DNA of 64,000 nucleotides from Bugula neritina. Its lineage: Eukaryota; Animalia; Bryozoa. Position 1 is the stretch's first letter. Each line of letters opens with the position of its first letter. Under the pieces are notes generated by a model. That model had not been told where the DNA came from. It ran no database searches and saw nothing but the letters and a program-made list of their open reading frames with translations. The position numbers and the translations under genes were made by a program. Where the stretch lies: the NCBI GenBank assembly GCA_964035545.1, contig OZ037772.1, forward strand, positions 6,494,889 through 6,558,888, given 5' to 3'. Below, piece after piece: positions 26,410 through 40,400 of the stretch.

Positions 26410-28308
26410 TTTGATGAGATCCTGCTGACGTCTGCTGTGGAGTCTCTGATGGAAGATCTGACCAAAGACTGTGACTCAGTCAAAAACAAGGTTCCCACAT
26501 TCTATACAGTTAGATTAGGGAGACGGAGTCAGACGGCTCCTCAGCTAATGTCGACCACCCGGCGTACTATTTTGCTAAGAATGTCAAACAGCCCATTGCT
26601 CTACTTGCCGACAAGGTTCTCACATTTTATTATTTGCATTTTAGATCAGCAGCAAAGATAGACTGTAAAATAATCAGAGGTTATGAGAAAGGGGTTTCAT
26701 TTGCCAGCCAACTTATAGGTGAGGGGACGTGGGGCTATTTTTATCTGCTAGAGTTTTTATTTAGCACCAACAGCTGTTATAGAAAGATTCAATAAACTTT
26801 GTATTTGTGTTTTATCCTGTGAAGTAAGTTAATAAAATGAAAATCTAAATTTTCTAGTTTTTTAAGTCTATCATAATTGATAGGATTTTCCCTTTAATCA
26901 TTTTTTGGTGATATCTGATGTTTTACAAAATATATGTCAAGTACAATTAGTGACAAGTCAGGTGGCTGGTTGCTGACAAGTTAATGACAAGTTAGTGACA
27001 AGTTAGTGTCAGGTTAATTTTGGTGACAGGTCCTTGTGACAGGTGACACCTTAAAGTGTCACTGGCAGGTCTTTATGACAAGTCAGGGACAATGTTTGAG
27101 ACTTTTTCATTGCTTAATTTTCACTCACTATTATTTTTCTTCAACTTGGGTTCCTAAAAATAATTATTTGAGGTTTCACACCCATTTGTTTTATTGTTCG
27201 AGTGTTTATATATATTTATTTTTGCGAGTTTTCTAAGCCATACAAGTATGTGTTTCTTTGCTGGACCATGTTCTTCAGCTTCTAGTTTGCTTTGCTTCTT
27301 ATGAATTCTTATAAATTGCTTGACTAGAGTATAATTATACTGCTGTGCTAACTTAAGTTATAACAGTATAAAATGCACTTAAGCAATAGGGGAAAAATAT
27401 TCACAATCAGTGGGGAAAACCCTTGGAGAGCATTTACCTTGAAGATATAGTTTAGCATGTTATTGTTTTACTCCATAAATTTACAGCCTTGCCAACAACC
27501 ATTGTTTTAACTTCTATAAAACAACTTTTTATTGTTCTCTGCATGTTATTGTAGCTTTAGTATTCTAGACCATAGTACTTGGTTCTTTTTGAAATGAAAA
27601 AGTTTAAAAGAATTGGCTTGCTTTGAACTTACTTGTATGGGTTTTCCTATATTCCTATTTATACGTTTTACTGTTTGACCTAGATTGTCACCCCTCTCTC
27701 CTCCCCTCTTCCCTTCTCTTACACCCCCTTTCCTTTTTACAAGCAAATCCGGTCACATAGTACCATTTCATGTCATTAGAAATCTTGAATTGTTCATTCC
27801 AACCAACTCATTGTTTTGTCATTTTACATATAACCCTAGTTCCTCAATTATAATTTATATATAATAAATATTTAAATATACTTACTATATATTGCATTGC
27901 ATTGCTGGTTGTAATTAGACACACCACATAAATATAAACCAACATGGGCAACTTTAGCCTATTTTTAGTCTGTCTGCATAACATAAAGTTTTTTCATTCA
28001 CCTCAACTATTCAACTAATTCTAGCTGATGCAGCTAATGGTTGCACTAGTATAAAATAAAGGTGAGTGTCACTAATAGTAGTGAGTGATTATTTAACTAG
28101 TTGTTTGGTGAGTGACGACTATTCTATTCTATTTCTCCAGGCTTGGTCAGTCAACATGGAGGTAATCAACCGAGTTGATCACAACTTGACTGTCCAGCCG
28201 GCAAACCTGAAGAGACAGAAAGAGATATTCGCTATGATTGCTAGAAGGGATTGGCCGGTGATTGAGTCGACTGGGGCAGTGCCCGAGGTTACACCTGGTG
28301 ATAATTGA
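26410..28308 (+). pseudogene. Deleted duplicate of the KY-like gene (relics of exons 3, 4 and 15 only)
   Basis: The exon 3 copy has a 2-nt insertion (TTCTATACAG vs TTCTACAG) and has lost its donor. Exon 4 copy at ~26646-26718, then intron 4 sequence that jumps to the last exon (28141-28308). Exons 5-14 are absent. Confidence 0.88.
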
Positions 28309-28624
28309 ATGAGATGTCAGTGTTTGAATGAGATGTCAGTGTTTAAAGGAGATATCAGTGGTTAAAGGAGACATCAGTGGTTAATTGAGATATCAGTGTT
28401 TTGTATATTTATATGGTGTTGGTTGTAACTAATAATCTATATGATATAATTAATAAACAGCAAGAAATGACTCAGTCAGCAATTTGTAATGTAAAGACAC
28501 ATTTAAAACTGACATCATTTAATTTTACTAAGCTTTCATTACTTTTAATTGATAAAAAAGTTGAGCATCTCTCTATTTGAAGTTGGCTTTCAAGAAAGGA
28601 ATTGTTTATGCTTAAAAAAATCTT

Positions 28625-28693
28625 GTGTTAACTGGGAATCGAACCCAAGACCTTTGGCACGCAAGCAAGTGTGCTAACCATTACGCTACGAGA
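28625..28693 (-). mobile_element. tRNA-derived SINE head
   Basis: Minus strand reads TAGCGTAATGGTTAGCAC...GGTTCGATTCCCAG; absent from the paralogous region near 17130. Confidence 0.65.
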
Positions 28694-29623
28694 ATCACTG
28701 AGTAAACTAAATATTACAATGTGTACAATATACCGAGTGTTTGGTTCAACTCTCTTTATTATAACAAAACATTTCTTTACAATTATGAATACATTTTTGA
28801 GGTCTCAATAGCCACGTAATTATTTAGTTGTGTGGGGTGTGCTCACTTTGTAGTCCAAGCACAATCTTGAGCTGTCGAGTTTATGATGATGAATGTTTAT
28901 GGAGTCATAATATGACAATTATGCTGTGAGCTTGATTCCGTGTCTTCAGGGGAAGACAACTTTCGATTTTCTTTTAGCTGCTGTTAGTTTTGATAGTATA
29001 ACATTATAGTGTTTAGTGATAAGCATCACTTTCTTCTGAATACTTACTTGGTGCTATTTTCACATGCTGTTTGCCACTTCTCCATTGCGCTGTGTTCACG
29101 AACTATACATTAGGGGTTACTTTCTCTTTGACAAGTATATAAGTTTATTGTTCATTATCAGTTGAATGATATTACAAAGATTACACTAGCATATAAATAA
29201 GAATGTCAATCATCTTGGGATGGTAATCATAAACCAATATTTAAGTTATTTTAAAATCAATTTGATATAATTTATCAAGAATGTATATAATTATAAGAAA
29301 AGATAATTCCATAATACCGTACTGGTGAAATTGCGATATTCTGTAATAATCTAGCATAAGCATTCCTTTGCCATGGATATGTGTGCACTTGTGAACCTAA
29401 CATTATAATTATGCTATTATTTTACATGCAATTCATAGTATTTAAGACAAATCTATTTACAGAAAAACCAGTAACAATTTGCTTTTTAAAAGATAATCAT
29501 TTGAATAGATAATTGCTCATATGACCAGCTTTAATTGCAATTGATTGCAGACCCAAAAGGTAAAATTTCGTAGAAAAAATATTATATATAAGTTTGATAA
29601 CAAAGTTGATTAGTTGTTCGTTA

Positions 29624-32600
29624 CTACTTGGTACAAACAACGCAGGTGAGTTCTCGTCCATTGATAAAAGGCGGGCAGTGAGAAAGGCCCCCGTATTCTC
29701 CACAAAATCCTGATACGAAAAACATCTGTGGTCCTCCGGTTATGTTTTGCGTTCCTGAAACACAGAATTCATAAAAGTTCAGAAAAATAATATTTCATAC
29801 AAGTTATTATAGCATTTTGGATTTGCCTTCTTTTCAAGCTTGTTACTTTGAATTGATTCACTAGCTTCTTTTTTATTTAGATTTGGAGTTGTTCCTTCGT
29901 TTTTATTAGAGACTTGCTACTAGTTATGTATACTTGGAGACAAACTATTTTGTTTGGAGTTGTCCTATTTGAAACACCTTTTGCATGATAAGTTTAGAGT
30001 TGTCTCACCTGAAATAACATCTGGCTCCATGTCCACACACTCAAAGGTCAGTTTTGTATCTGTGATATAACTACTCATCAAATAGCCTTCGTACTGCTTA
30101 TCCCAACCCACTGGACATGTTCTTTTAGCTGGCACCATAAGCTGCACAAACATTAAAGCACAGGCTACACAATTTACAACTAACTTTTACATTCATCCAT
30201 TGCAACATAAACTGTGTTCCTTATATATGATCATGATGTCTCAGGATTTGCGGCACCTTCTTACCTTTGTAGTGCCAGTTGTCAAGCAAACACTGCAGGC
30301 TACGTTGTGTCCGTGAACATTATCTGGAAATATTCCATATCCTTCGTAGGACAGATATTCAGCTGCATATAGCTAAAATGTTATTATGTAACTAAATAAA
30401 TACATAAATACAACTAAATTAATGATGCAAACAATTAATCTAATTTCAAAAACCTGATTAAATAAAGAAGATGAATAATTGAAATATGAAATTGATCATA
30501 TATATTGCAAAAATATACAATATATATATAATATGATTAAACAATATAACAGTTATATCATCACTAAACAAGTTAACGGCTCGATGAGCCAACTTTGTAA
30601 CTGACCCAAGAGAAAGCATAGCTGTCATTCTTCAAATCAAACTTGTTCCACTCTGGGTCGGTGGGCATACACAAATACTGAGCCCCACCCCCAGTGGCTG
30701 TTCTACTGCTAGACGAAGAACCAGCGCCGAACCCTGTATATTCAATTCAGAAATATAATATTTGATGAATTATTTCAACAATACTTGCAGTAATAATTAG
30801 ACATCAATTGCGATCTATAATTGACTACTACATCATGTTAAATTTGATTCGAATATGATATTTTCTATCTTTTACTTCAAAATGTTCCAAAATCATTTTA
30901 AAACTGCTAATGAACTTTTATCATAATAACAATAAAATTAATAATAATACACATTGTTTCTAATAATTGCTTCAAGTAATGAAATATTGCTTATTCCAAT
31001 AATGGTACAGGCTTATGCTTTAAATAAATGAATTCGTATTATATGTAAATATTAGCTACCAGGTTTTATTAATTTAATTATTATATTGAATTTTAACTAA
31101 CTTAACACATTCTATAGTCTATATTCTTATCAAATAATTATAATTAGTTGAAGTACTTATACACACACCTCTATCTGAAGGAATTGTGGCCATTAATTTT
31201 ACACAGTTTAGAGTTTTTCAATAATTAATAATTATTACATTCTCTTTGTATTATAGCTGAAGATGCAGACCAAAAGCTATGCATGAAAATTATACTGTGC
31301 TTTCTATTATTAACTATAATCAAGTTTATAAATAATGCAATGTTGTTATGTTGCAAATGTATATCTTTATGCATATCTTGTCTAAGTGTTGCAATATACA
31401 ATGCTGTATATAATATTACTTCAATTGTTTTTGCAAAGCTTGGTGATAGAAAAACAAAAATAAGGCTTCTTACTGCTAGTGAATAAATTTTATAGCTAGT
31501 ACTTGCTGTTAGTTATTTAGGCCATTGTAATCTCCTATGCAAAACAGTTTTCAAAACTGCATGCAACTTATCCCATTATAGTGGTGCTAGTCAAGTTGAT
31601 AATGACCTTAAATTGATAACTTGGCTTTTCAATGTGTGTATGGAATGGAAATGATTATAGCCGTTATAGTTTCACTGAGTAAAGGGGGAGGGTAGAGGGG
31701 GGAGGGGTAGCTTTGATGATTATAGCTGTCGCTACTATATAATCTGTACAAGCAGTTCTAATACACTGGAGGTCGTGGCATCTTGTGCTAAGCACTGGTT
31801 TAGCCTTAGAAACTAGTTGTGAACAAGTGTTTATATAGGGTGGGAAGGGACATACCCTTAATATTTGTACTTGTTCTGAATGAATTACTCACAGATCAAA
31901 ACATCATCTGGGTTTAATGAAACTAGCAGATATATGTTGATGAACTAGTATTGTTGAATTCAGATTATATTATAAAACCATATTAATAACTTTGCTGATG
32001 GAATAATAGATTACAATGTTATAAAATTTAGGGGCCAAAAAAACCAAGTTATTATAACTAAATAGTTTTGACTGACATAACTTGATAGACTAGAATGGTG
32101 TTATAAACATTAGCATTATAATAGACTCTGCCAGTCAAATTAAACTATTATATAAGATTTACAGTTATAAATCATTAAGTCATCATTTTAGGAGACTCCA
32201 TTGGATTCATGAGAAATCAAAACATAACAGAGCTAACTTTTTAGGAAGCTGAGGTTAAGCTAATAGCAGTTATTGCTAAATTACTTTTTATTTTGATACC
32301 ATTTTTTCTATTCATTAAACTTGCGTTAACTTTGCAAAATTTCATTGAAAATGCAACTTTGATGTTTGAGATAAGGTTTGAAATATCAGCTAAATGGCAC
32401 TAAACAGCCACAATCACTGTGGTTCTATTTCTTCAGATTATGCTAACAGATGCTCGTACGATGGAGTTTAAGGTTTCTGTTTGCATGAACTTATGGTTGT
32501 GATCTCATTCGATGCATCTGTTTCCAAACATTAAATGAAAAATCCTCCATTCGCATAATGCAAGCTCATGGAAACGTAGTGCAATGTAATGTCATGTAGT

Positions 32601-35600
32601 GTAAGCTGCATTACGTTATTCTGTCGTGCAGAACTGCATGTATGAAACTAACTATAACTAAAGTAACAGTGTTTTGAGTGTAGAAATAAATACCATAATT
32701 AGTTTCACATGACTGGGAAATGTAAGTCAATCAGTTTTAGGGATACGAGTTGTAGTACAAGTGGAGATAGTAATATAATACTTCGTGTTGTTATCTTAGC
32801 TGTTGTTGATTTAATTAGATTTATAGAGTCATGCTACACAAACAGCACCAACACTTTTGCTAATATTCTGCCTTGTATCTAACAATAAGTTCTTTTACTA
32901 ACATTATGTTTCCATTGCTTGTCATTATGCAAAGCATTTGGAAACAGTTGCATGAATGAAACCATAACCACAAAGCCATGGAAGCTCAGTCTATGTAACA
33001 CACACGAGGCCATGGGTTCGATTCTCTATCAAGGCCATTGGTGGTGTTAGGAAGAGCATCCATCCAGTCATAATTGCACCTGTGCCCCATCTGAATAAGC
33101 TCTTAGCCTGCTTTAACACAAACCCCTTTCATCAGGGTTCTTACAGAGATAGTTTGCATAAACCCTGAGGGCTTTATTTAATGTTTTAACTGGCAATTTG
33201 CTAGCCTCAATTCCAACCTCTTAACTTAGCTTACTCATGGAGAGGCGACTATATAAATTATAAAGCCAAGCATAACAGACTTATAGGTAAATAAAATTTA
33301 TGTGGTTTTGAGATTGCGAAATAGCCTTTGTGGTGTGATTGTTAAGCTCCGCCTGCTTGAAAGTGAAATGGGGGAAAATATTTTACATAAAACAGGTCTT
33401 TACTTCATATTTCAAATACATACTTTTGTATATTAGCTTTTAAAAGGTTAGCTATAATTATATACGTGAGAGTAAGAGCTGAGAATTAACACACGGACAC
33501 TGTAGTTTAAACTTCAAAGCATTACATAAAATGAAAAATAATGTCAATTTGCTAGAATTTTGCTGACCTGAGTAAACAAGTTTGGCTGACGCTGGGCAGG
33601 TCACTTTACCCCATCTGGTGTACACAACTTCACTAGTAAGTGAAAGGCTAGCTGGTGCCTTTTGCTGTGAAGAAGTGGGCGTGCCCTGCTGCGCCTTTAA
33701 ATTGTTTAACTCCGCCTTCATTTCGCCGTATCTGATGGCCACTCCAAATATGGTGCCAATAACCAGAATCAAAGAAATTAGACTCAGTACTATGGGAATT
33801 GTAGAATAGCTGTCTCCACAGCAACTAAAACAATGTATCACAGTCTATATTAGATATAATATTTGAAAAATATTTTTCTATTAAAACCTGCTTATAATTA
33901 AACAAATAGTTTAGTTGGTGATAGTGGAAAATGTTTTTTTTTCTCGTTCTAATCTCCAATTAGAGTTCAGAGTGACTTGATATAAGCTAAAATATTTATA
34001 AAGCAATTTAAGATTTCATCAACTGACTGAGTCATATTGTGTATGCGAAGTGATGCGGTAAGATATATAACAGTTATGCCATCAAATTACTACTTTTAAT
34101 AAAAATTTGCTTTATATTTCTTATTAATATCTTCAACGCCATATTAGAAACAGAAAAAAATAATGATATTTTTATGACTTTAGGTAAAAATGGCACAGTT
34201 TGAAAAAATGGCACTGCTAATAAGAGCACAAATGGCAAAGTAGGAAAAAATTGCTCACTAAAGCTAAATTTCACCAAACTCCAAACTCAAACCCTCAACT
34301 TTAAACTGCAAACCCAAACTTAACCCCCCCCCCCCCCCCCCCCCCGTTTTAAACACCCAACTCCACCCTAAACAGTATTATTGAAAATGTGCCAATTTTA
34401 CCTGTGCCATTTTTACTGGACACATGTTTTTATAGCTAATATGTCAGAATGCATTCCACGAATAGGAGTGAAAAGTGCATTGCGAGTTGCTAAGCGTTTT
34501 TACTTTGAGTCACATTCACTATGGGTATTATACAGCACTCAGTCTGAAGGATCTTTATTACTATGAGTCACACTCACTTTATATTATATACACTCATTTT
34601 GAGCTCACTTTAAATCACCATCACTAAAAGTCATACTTTATTTAGGCGCATTGGTAGAGAAACTATACATAATACATAAAAACCCATGCTCTATAATCTT
34701 TTGATAAAATTTGACTAGAAGTGCGAGTTGAAATTTTTGTAAAAGCAAAATTTTTGTGGCACAAACCTGACTGTTGTTGATTATAATCAACAACAGTCTC
34801 AATTGTTCCAATACTGAACCTATATACATGTCAGAAAATCACTAGACGCAGCACCAAGTTAGTGGTCAATGACTGCATTGGTTGGGGTCTAAAGTTTAGA
34901 GTGGGAGGTTTGGTGTTTAGAGAACATTCACGGGCTTTCCATGTACCGATCTCAGATCGATCTCGCTGAGATCGATCTGAGCAATGTGCTCAGATCGATC
35001 ATTTTTCCATGAGAGTGTCAGATCGATCTCTCGGAGTTGCCTCCTCTTAGGTGAAGACTACTTTATTAGTATATTTTTTTCACCCACCTAAGTGGTAAAA
35101 GCTACTGCTGTTAAAAAACAAAATTTTCATAGTCTAAAATTTAACGTCAGCTATAAACTCTACACAGTAAAGCTTTTAATATGAAGTAATTTGGCCAATT
35201 TAAGATAATTGATTTTAATATTTTAGCTTGACAGCTTATATAAAATTTATAGCTGTTGTGCAGCTTATTTATAAAATTACGGGATTATTAGGCTTAAGAT
35301 TGCGCAGCAAATAACTAATGGCAGTGCGTTATACTAGTCGTTTAAATTCAATTTAAATGCTCTCACTTTTTGTATCTTCCACCGTCTATAATTTTACATA
35401 ATTAAGTTTTCTTAATCATTTTACTAAAATTCAAAGTTTTGTCACTTGAAAAAATGGCTATCTTAATTATTAAGTACTTTGCTTAGTAATTAACAATAAG
35501 TTATCATTTTCATTAGCAGACAACATTTTAGCGAGCAGTCATTTTTCTACTTCTCGAATCGATCTTTCGTCTTTCCATGGTCTTATTGCCTTGAGATCGA

Positions 35601-35879
35601 TCTGAGTTCGAGCTCTACAGACCGACCAGCTCAGAACGACTGAGATCGATCTTTGGCGTCTTTCCATGGATCGATCTCCCTGAGATCGGTACATGGAAAG
35701 CCGGTGATTGTGTATCCAAATACTGTACTCAGTCACCCTAAACTCAGTGCTGCTTCTATATAGTGATATTCTACATCTCGTACTCACCTTGGTTTAAACC
35801 GTCTGAGAGAACGCAGTACTGGGTTACCATCTTTGCTCCAGATGGTAGCTGTATCACTTTCATCATTGGATGTAGACAT
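29624..35879 (-). CDS. Type II membrane protein with a short-chain collagen C4-like domain, copy B; 6 coding exons, ~282 aa
   Basis: Exons 35879-35788, 33824-33568, 30733-30606, 30372-30265, 30141-30009, 29754-29624. Same exon sizes as copy A except exon 2; ends CPPFINGRELTCVVCTK*. Probable 5'UTR exon donor at ~36928. Confidence 0.88.
34183..34417. mobile_element. Small inverted-repeat element with repeated AAAAATGGCAC subterminal motifs and an internal C-rich tract
   Basis: GGTAAAAATGGCACAG ... CTGTGCCATTTTTACT; absent from the equivalent short intron of copy A. Confidence 0.55.
34931..35704. mobile_element. Non-autonomous DNA transposon with GATCGATC-rich subterminal regions, nested in a CTAGAAGCAGCAC MITE (34842-35759)
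   Basis: TIR GGCTTTCCATGTACCGATCTCAG ... CTGAGATCGGTACATGGAAAGCC; the two halves of the host MITE flank it. Confidence 0.85.
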
Positions 35880-36144
35880 TCCGCTGATTACCTTTTTGCA
35901 GTTCTAAGACTATATATAACCTGCAGGAAAAGACTACTGGATAACCAATTTTTAGATTAAAAAATAGAGCTTGCTCAACACTAGAACTAAAAGTTGTTGT
36001 TGCATCCCAAAGTAAAAGTAGTTCTCATTTCCTTCAGTGAAGATGTTTGTGGACTATTCACTTTGCTTCAAGCTAAGCTGACCATTTGACTTAACAGCTT
36101 TTTAATTCAACACAAGATGCCTTTTACTTGACTTAATTTGAGCC

Positions 36145-36505
36145 ACCCGCTGTGCAAATGTCTCGCCTGTTCATATGTGTCACACTGCATGTGTCACCTG
36201 TGCATACATGCCACACTGCATGTCTCACCTGTTCGTATGTGTCAAACTGCATATGTCATCTATTCATATTTGTCACACTGCATGTATCACCTGTGCATAT
36301 GTGTCACATTGCATGGGTTACCTGCTCATATGTGTCACACTGCATGTGTTACCTGCTCATACATGTCACACTGCATGTCCCACCTGTGCATACATGTCAC
36401 ATTGCATGGGTCACTTGTTCATATATGTCACACTGCATGTGTCACCTGTTATTATGTGTCACATTGCATGGGTTACCTGCTTATATGTGTCACACTGCAC
36501 CATCT
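36145..36505. repeat. 30-bp minisatellite (~12 units, GTGTCACACTGCATGTGTCACCTGTGCATA) in the 5'UTR intron of C4-like copy B
   Basis: Direct observation; only ~3-4 units at the paralogous site 21630-21740. Confidence 0.92.
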
Positions 36506-37195
36506 TTTGTATCACAATAGTTTAGGTTTCCAAAGCAGCAGACTTTGTTAGAACAGCTGGATCTTATAAGTTATAAGCTATATCCTTGGGATGTTTTAAT
36601 TGAATGCACAGATTTGTACATATCATTAATGATTGATGTGCGAATAAAGTTCATTGACATCAAAATATACTGCGTCTCAACTCTTATGACCTATTTCTTA
36701 TTTTATATTAATGTATGTTTTTTTTGATGGTTTGTGTGATTTAACTTGAATGGCAGTTTGATTATTCAATGTAACAGTATAGATTGCTGAAAATTGCTTT
36801 AAAACATTCCACCATTTTGCAATTTGGAAAAACTTACTAATTGAAATAAGTTAAACTCTATTCAAACTAACCATGAATAGCCTGATAATATGCTTGTTTT
36901 TATAGACTGGGAATTTAAAAACTTACCTGCACAAACAGATGCGTATAGTGAGCAGGTAAACACAGTGATATGCTTGCCTCTATAACAAGATGTATAGCTG
37001 GAGGTCTCTTTGTAAGAACCTGTATTGATAGAATACTGTAAATAGAGCGTTCACTCTGTATATGCAAAACAACAACAGCTACACAAGCAGTACAAGTAGC
37101 ACAAGCTCTAGTATCAAATGTTGGCAACCAAATAATAATCCAGCTCATTCAAATATTTTTATTGTAATCAAGAGATTACAAAATATATAATACCT

Positions 37196-37209
37196 GTTTC
37201 CATGGCAAC
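37196..37209. promoter_or_regulatory. Consensus RFX X-box upstream of C4-like copy B
   Basis: GTTTCCATGGCAAC, ~270 bp upstream of the putative 5'UTR exon donor. Confidence 0.55.
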
Positions 37210-39137
37210 AAAAAAACTATTTTTATATTGTGTTATTATAATCCAAGTGTTGATCTATAACCAACATTAAGCAAGAAAAATGTGCCTTGTGCACCCAATT
37301 TTGGTCACTTGTAAATAATTTTCAATTCTGAGTTTAGAAGTGTTTACAAAATGTCGTATTTCACAATTTAGTTTTGGCCTTAACTTCAGGAACTTCGTTT
37401 CCTTGTATGATTCTAGCAGGTTGAGTTCAAACCATTTTGCTGTCAAAAATAATTTATGTTTCAAGCCAAGCAATACATTTGCATTCATGTCATAACATTA
37501 TATATCTATAATCAAAATCTACTGTAGATCACAACCAGCTAAGCATAACCTATCAGTATTTAAATTACATAGCCCATGGTTCTTAAACTATAATGTTAGC
37601 AGTGAATAATATGAAGCCTTTTACAGCGAAAGAGACCTAAGGCTATAAATAGTCAAGTGGGGAAAAACTGCTTATATGATACCTAGCCTTTGTTATGATA
37701 AAAGTCAAAATTTGTAATTCCTATTTTACCCGAATAAATTCAAACTGTAGGTATATGTTACAATCACATGCATCTCGAACCCTGACAATGAGTTCTCCTA
37801 TATAAACTTTTTCACATCAAATTATGCTAAAAACATGATGACTTTGAGAAGTTTTGAACTAAAGTAGACGACTATAGTAACTATGTCACCGCAGCCACTT
37901 GATCTGGGAATAACTGCTCTGATGAAATAATTGAGAAAAAGCCTGTGTTCTATATTAAAATGTAGCAAAACCAGTTTCCATGCATGAGAATTTCAACATA
38001 TACACCAAAATCTCTTAAGAAAAGTAAAGAGATTGAGTTATCTGAATGTCAATTTGACAAAGCTATGCTCTGCCAGCCCTATTTGTACCAGACATGTGAT
38101 GCTAGACCACCGGGTGGCTTTTCAGATCATAACTCTTCTCTGACTAGAACAGTGATGATTTGAAAGAAAAAAACTTCCCTCATGTATCAAACAGCATATA
38201 GGGCAGCCTCTATGTGATGCAATAAGTGTTGTGAGACGTCTTTTACATAAAACAAATTAAAGCATTTGGCGCTACGTACCTTATTAAAAACATTATTTGC
38301 TGAAAATCTAACGAGAAAAGCACTATAGATTTCTTAAAAATATATAATTAACTCAAACTTCAAACCCAGTATTAAGCTGCATGATAAAAAAGATTCAATT
38401 GAATCGACAACAGCGTGATAGATGCACTAATATATTATACAGTGTACTTGTCGATTCAGCACACATTGTCTCTGCACATGCCTACATGCACTCTTGTATT
38501 TTGTACATATGCATATTCAGCAAATTGAAAATATTTTTGATGAAAGTTTCATTGGTATTACATAATATATTGTAATTATAAATCACACTCTCACTCAAAT
38601 TCAACATAGCTGTATATAATATATATACTCACCAAACTTGTAGCTGTATATACCTAGTTAACGAGTAGCTGTATAGTTACTCTACTCAAATCTAACAATC
38701 ATCTAAAAACAACTACAATTGATGTGAAAAACAGTTAATGAATGTCATACACATCTTTGCTGTCAAAGTATAACCACATGTAAATCATTATTGGACCAAA
38801 TTAGACTTGACTGTTATAACGTTGTGCTAAATTCAGTAAAAGTTTACTTGGTGGATCAAATTAATTGATACCACATCTCAAGATAACTCTATGTAGATGT
38901 GTAGTATAGTTATATATGCCATGCTGGAGTTAGCCTAGAGAGAGTACAACTCCTAATATAGCTTATTTCACCACTGCTCATCATAATGTAAGATTAGGTT
39001 ATGCTATACAAAGCTGCATTTGATTAGCTGTTATTTTGACTGTTATATAGAAATAGTATTACCAGTATGAGAATCTGCAGAAGTTCCTGCGTGGTGTAAT
39101 GGTTAGCGTGCCTGCTAGTAAGTTAGAGGTCTCCCTA

Positions 39138-39490
39138 TAATATATGACATATTACTTTACATTACATATAATTATATTATATTATATATAGCTTATATTT
39201 TATATTATATAGTTATATATAATATATTATATAGCTTATACAGAGTATATTATATATAGCAATATAATATATTATATAGAGTATATCATATATAGCAATA
39301 TAATATATTATATAGCTTATATATAGAGTATATTATATATAGCAATATAATATATTATCTAGCTTATATAGAGTATATTATATATAGTAATATAATATAT
39401 TATATAGTTATATAGTATGGTATATAGCTATATAAATAATGCATTACGTTGCTATATGAAATATAATAACGTTATAGTTATATATAGCAT
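39138..39490. repeat. AT-rich minisatellite (TATAGC/AATATATTATATAG units) abutting a truncated tRNA-SINE head
   Basis: Direct observation. Confidence 0.8.
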
Positions 39491-40020
39491 CCCCTTGTAC
39501 AAGCTACGTTATTATTATTCATAGTAAAACCATTTCTTCCCCAACACTACATTTCCAGTTGATCAAGACATATTACTTAGCTGTCTTTTGTGCCTGCATG
39601 GAGCAAACATCTTCTAGTATATTTGTTATATTTTTAAACAAGTTATTCCAATTTGAGAGCTATTTTTGAAAAATTATCTTTAGAATTTTGGTACTATTAA
39701 AACATTATAGTTATTGTATTGTGGTAATACAGCATTATAGTGTGTAAGTTTTATAATTATCATTATAGATATGAACCATGCATGATATTATTTGATCAGG
39801 TGATATATTTTCAAGTTCTAGCAGTTTCATAATAAAGGATACAATAGTTGTGTTCCTTTCATTACTTCTATTGCAGTGTTTTAACAAGCAATAGTTTAAT
39901 CTTGCAATATTCTTATTATTTCTAAAGTAAAATTTATAGTTTAAAGTTGTCTGCACTTTACAGCTCAACAAAATGTTTTGCTTTTAGTAACAGCAGGTCT
40001 ACTAAAAGACATACTTGTAA

Positions 40021-40400
40021 AGGCCTGGTCACACACTCGTGGGAATCGCACGAAACTCGTGTAAATACTGTCGTTAGTTATCCTCTCATTATGACCAGCC
40101 ACACACTCGTTTGACGAAACACATAATGAATAGTCTGTGAATAGGCGTTGCACAAGATAAAAACAGCAGAAGAGTGCCAGACACAGAAACGTGGTAAAAC
40201 TGAAATAATCGCTGTTGCTAAAATTCTATTGACCAACTAAGTGGAGCTTATACCGTCAATTGCACTCTTTCGTCCACCGTCGGTGGGTGCACTGAGCGAA
40301 CATGATTTTGTATGAATTCTCTCAAATTTGATTGTACGTTTGGGGTTTTTATGTCGAATAGACGATTTCGTGTGATTCTCACGAGTGTGTGGCCAGGCCT
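40021..40400. mobile_element. PIF/Harbinger-type MITE
   Basis: TAA|AGGCCTGGTCACACACTCGTGGGAATCGCACGAAA ... TTTCGTGTGATTCTCACGAGTGTGTGGCCAGGCCT|TAA; 3-bp TAA target-site duplication. Confidence 0.88.

Noticed and set aside
28305-28400. Regularly spaced short repeats (CRISPR-like at a glance; also 36145-36505)
   Set aside because: Head-to-tail tandem units without unique spacers, eukaryotic context, no cas genes.
36138-36551. Three overlapping His/Cys-rich ORFs
   Set aside because: Stop-free translations of a 30-bp intronic minisatellite in all three frames.
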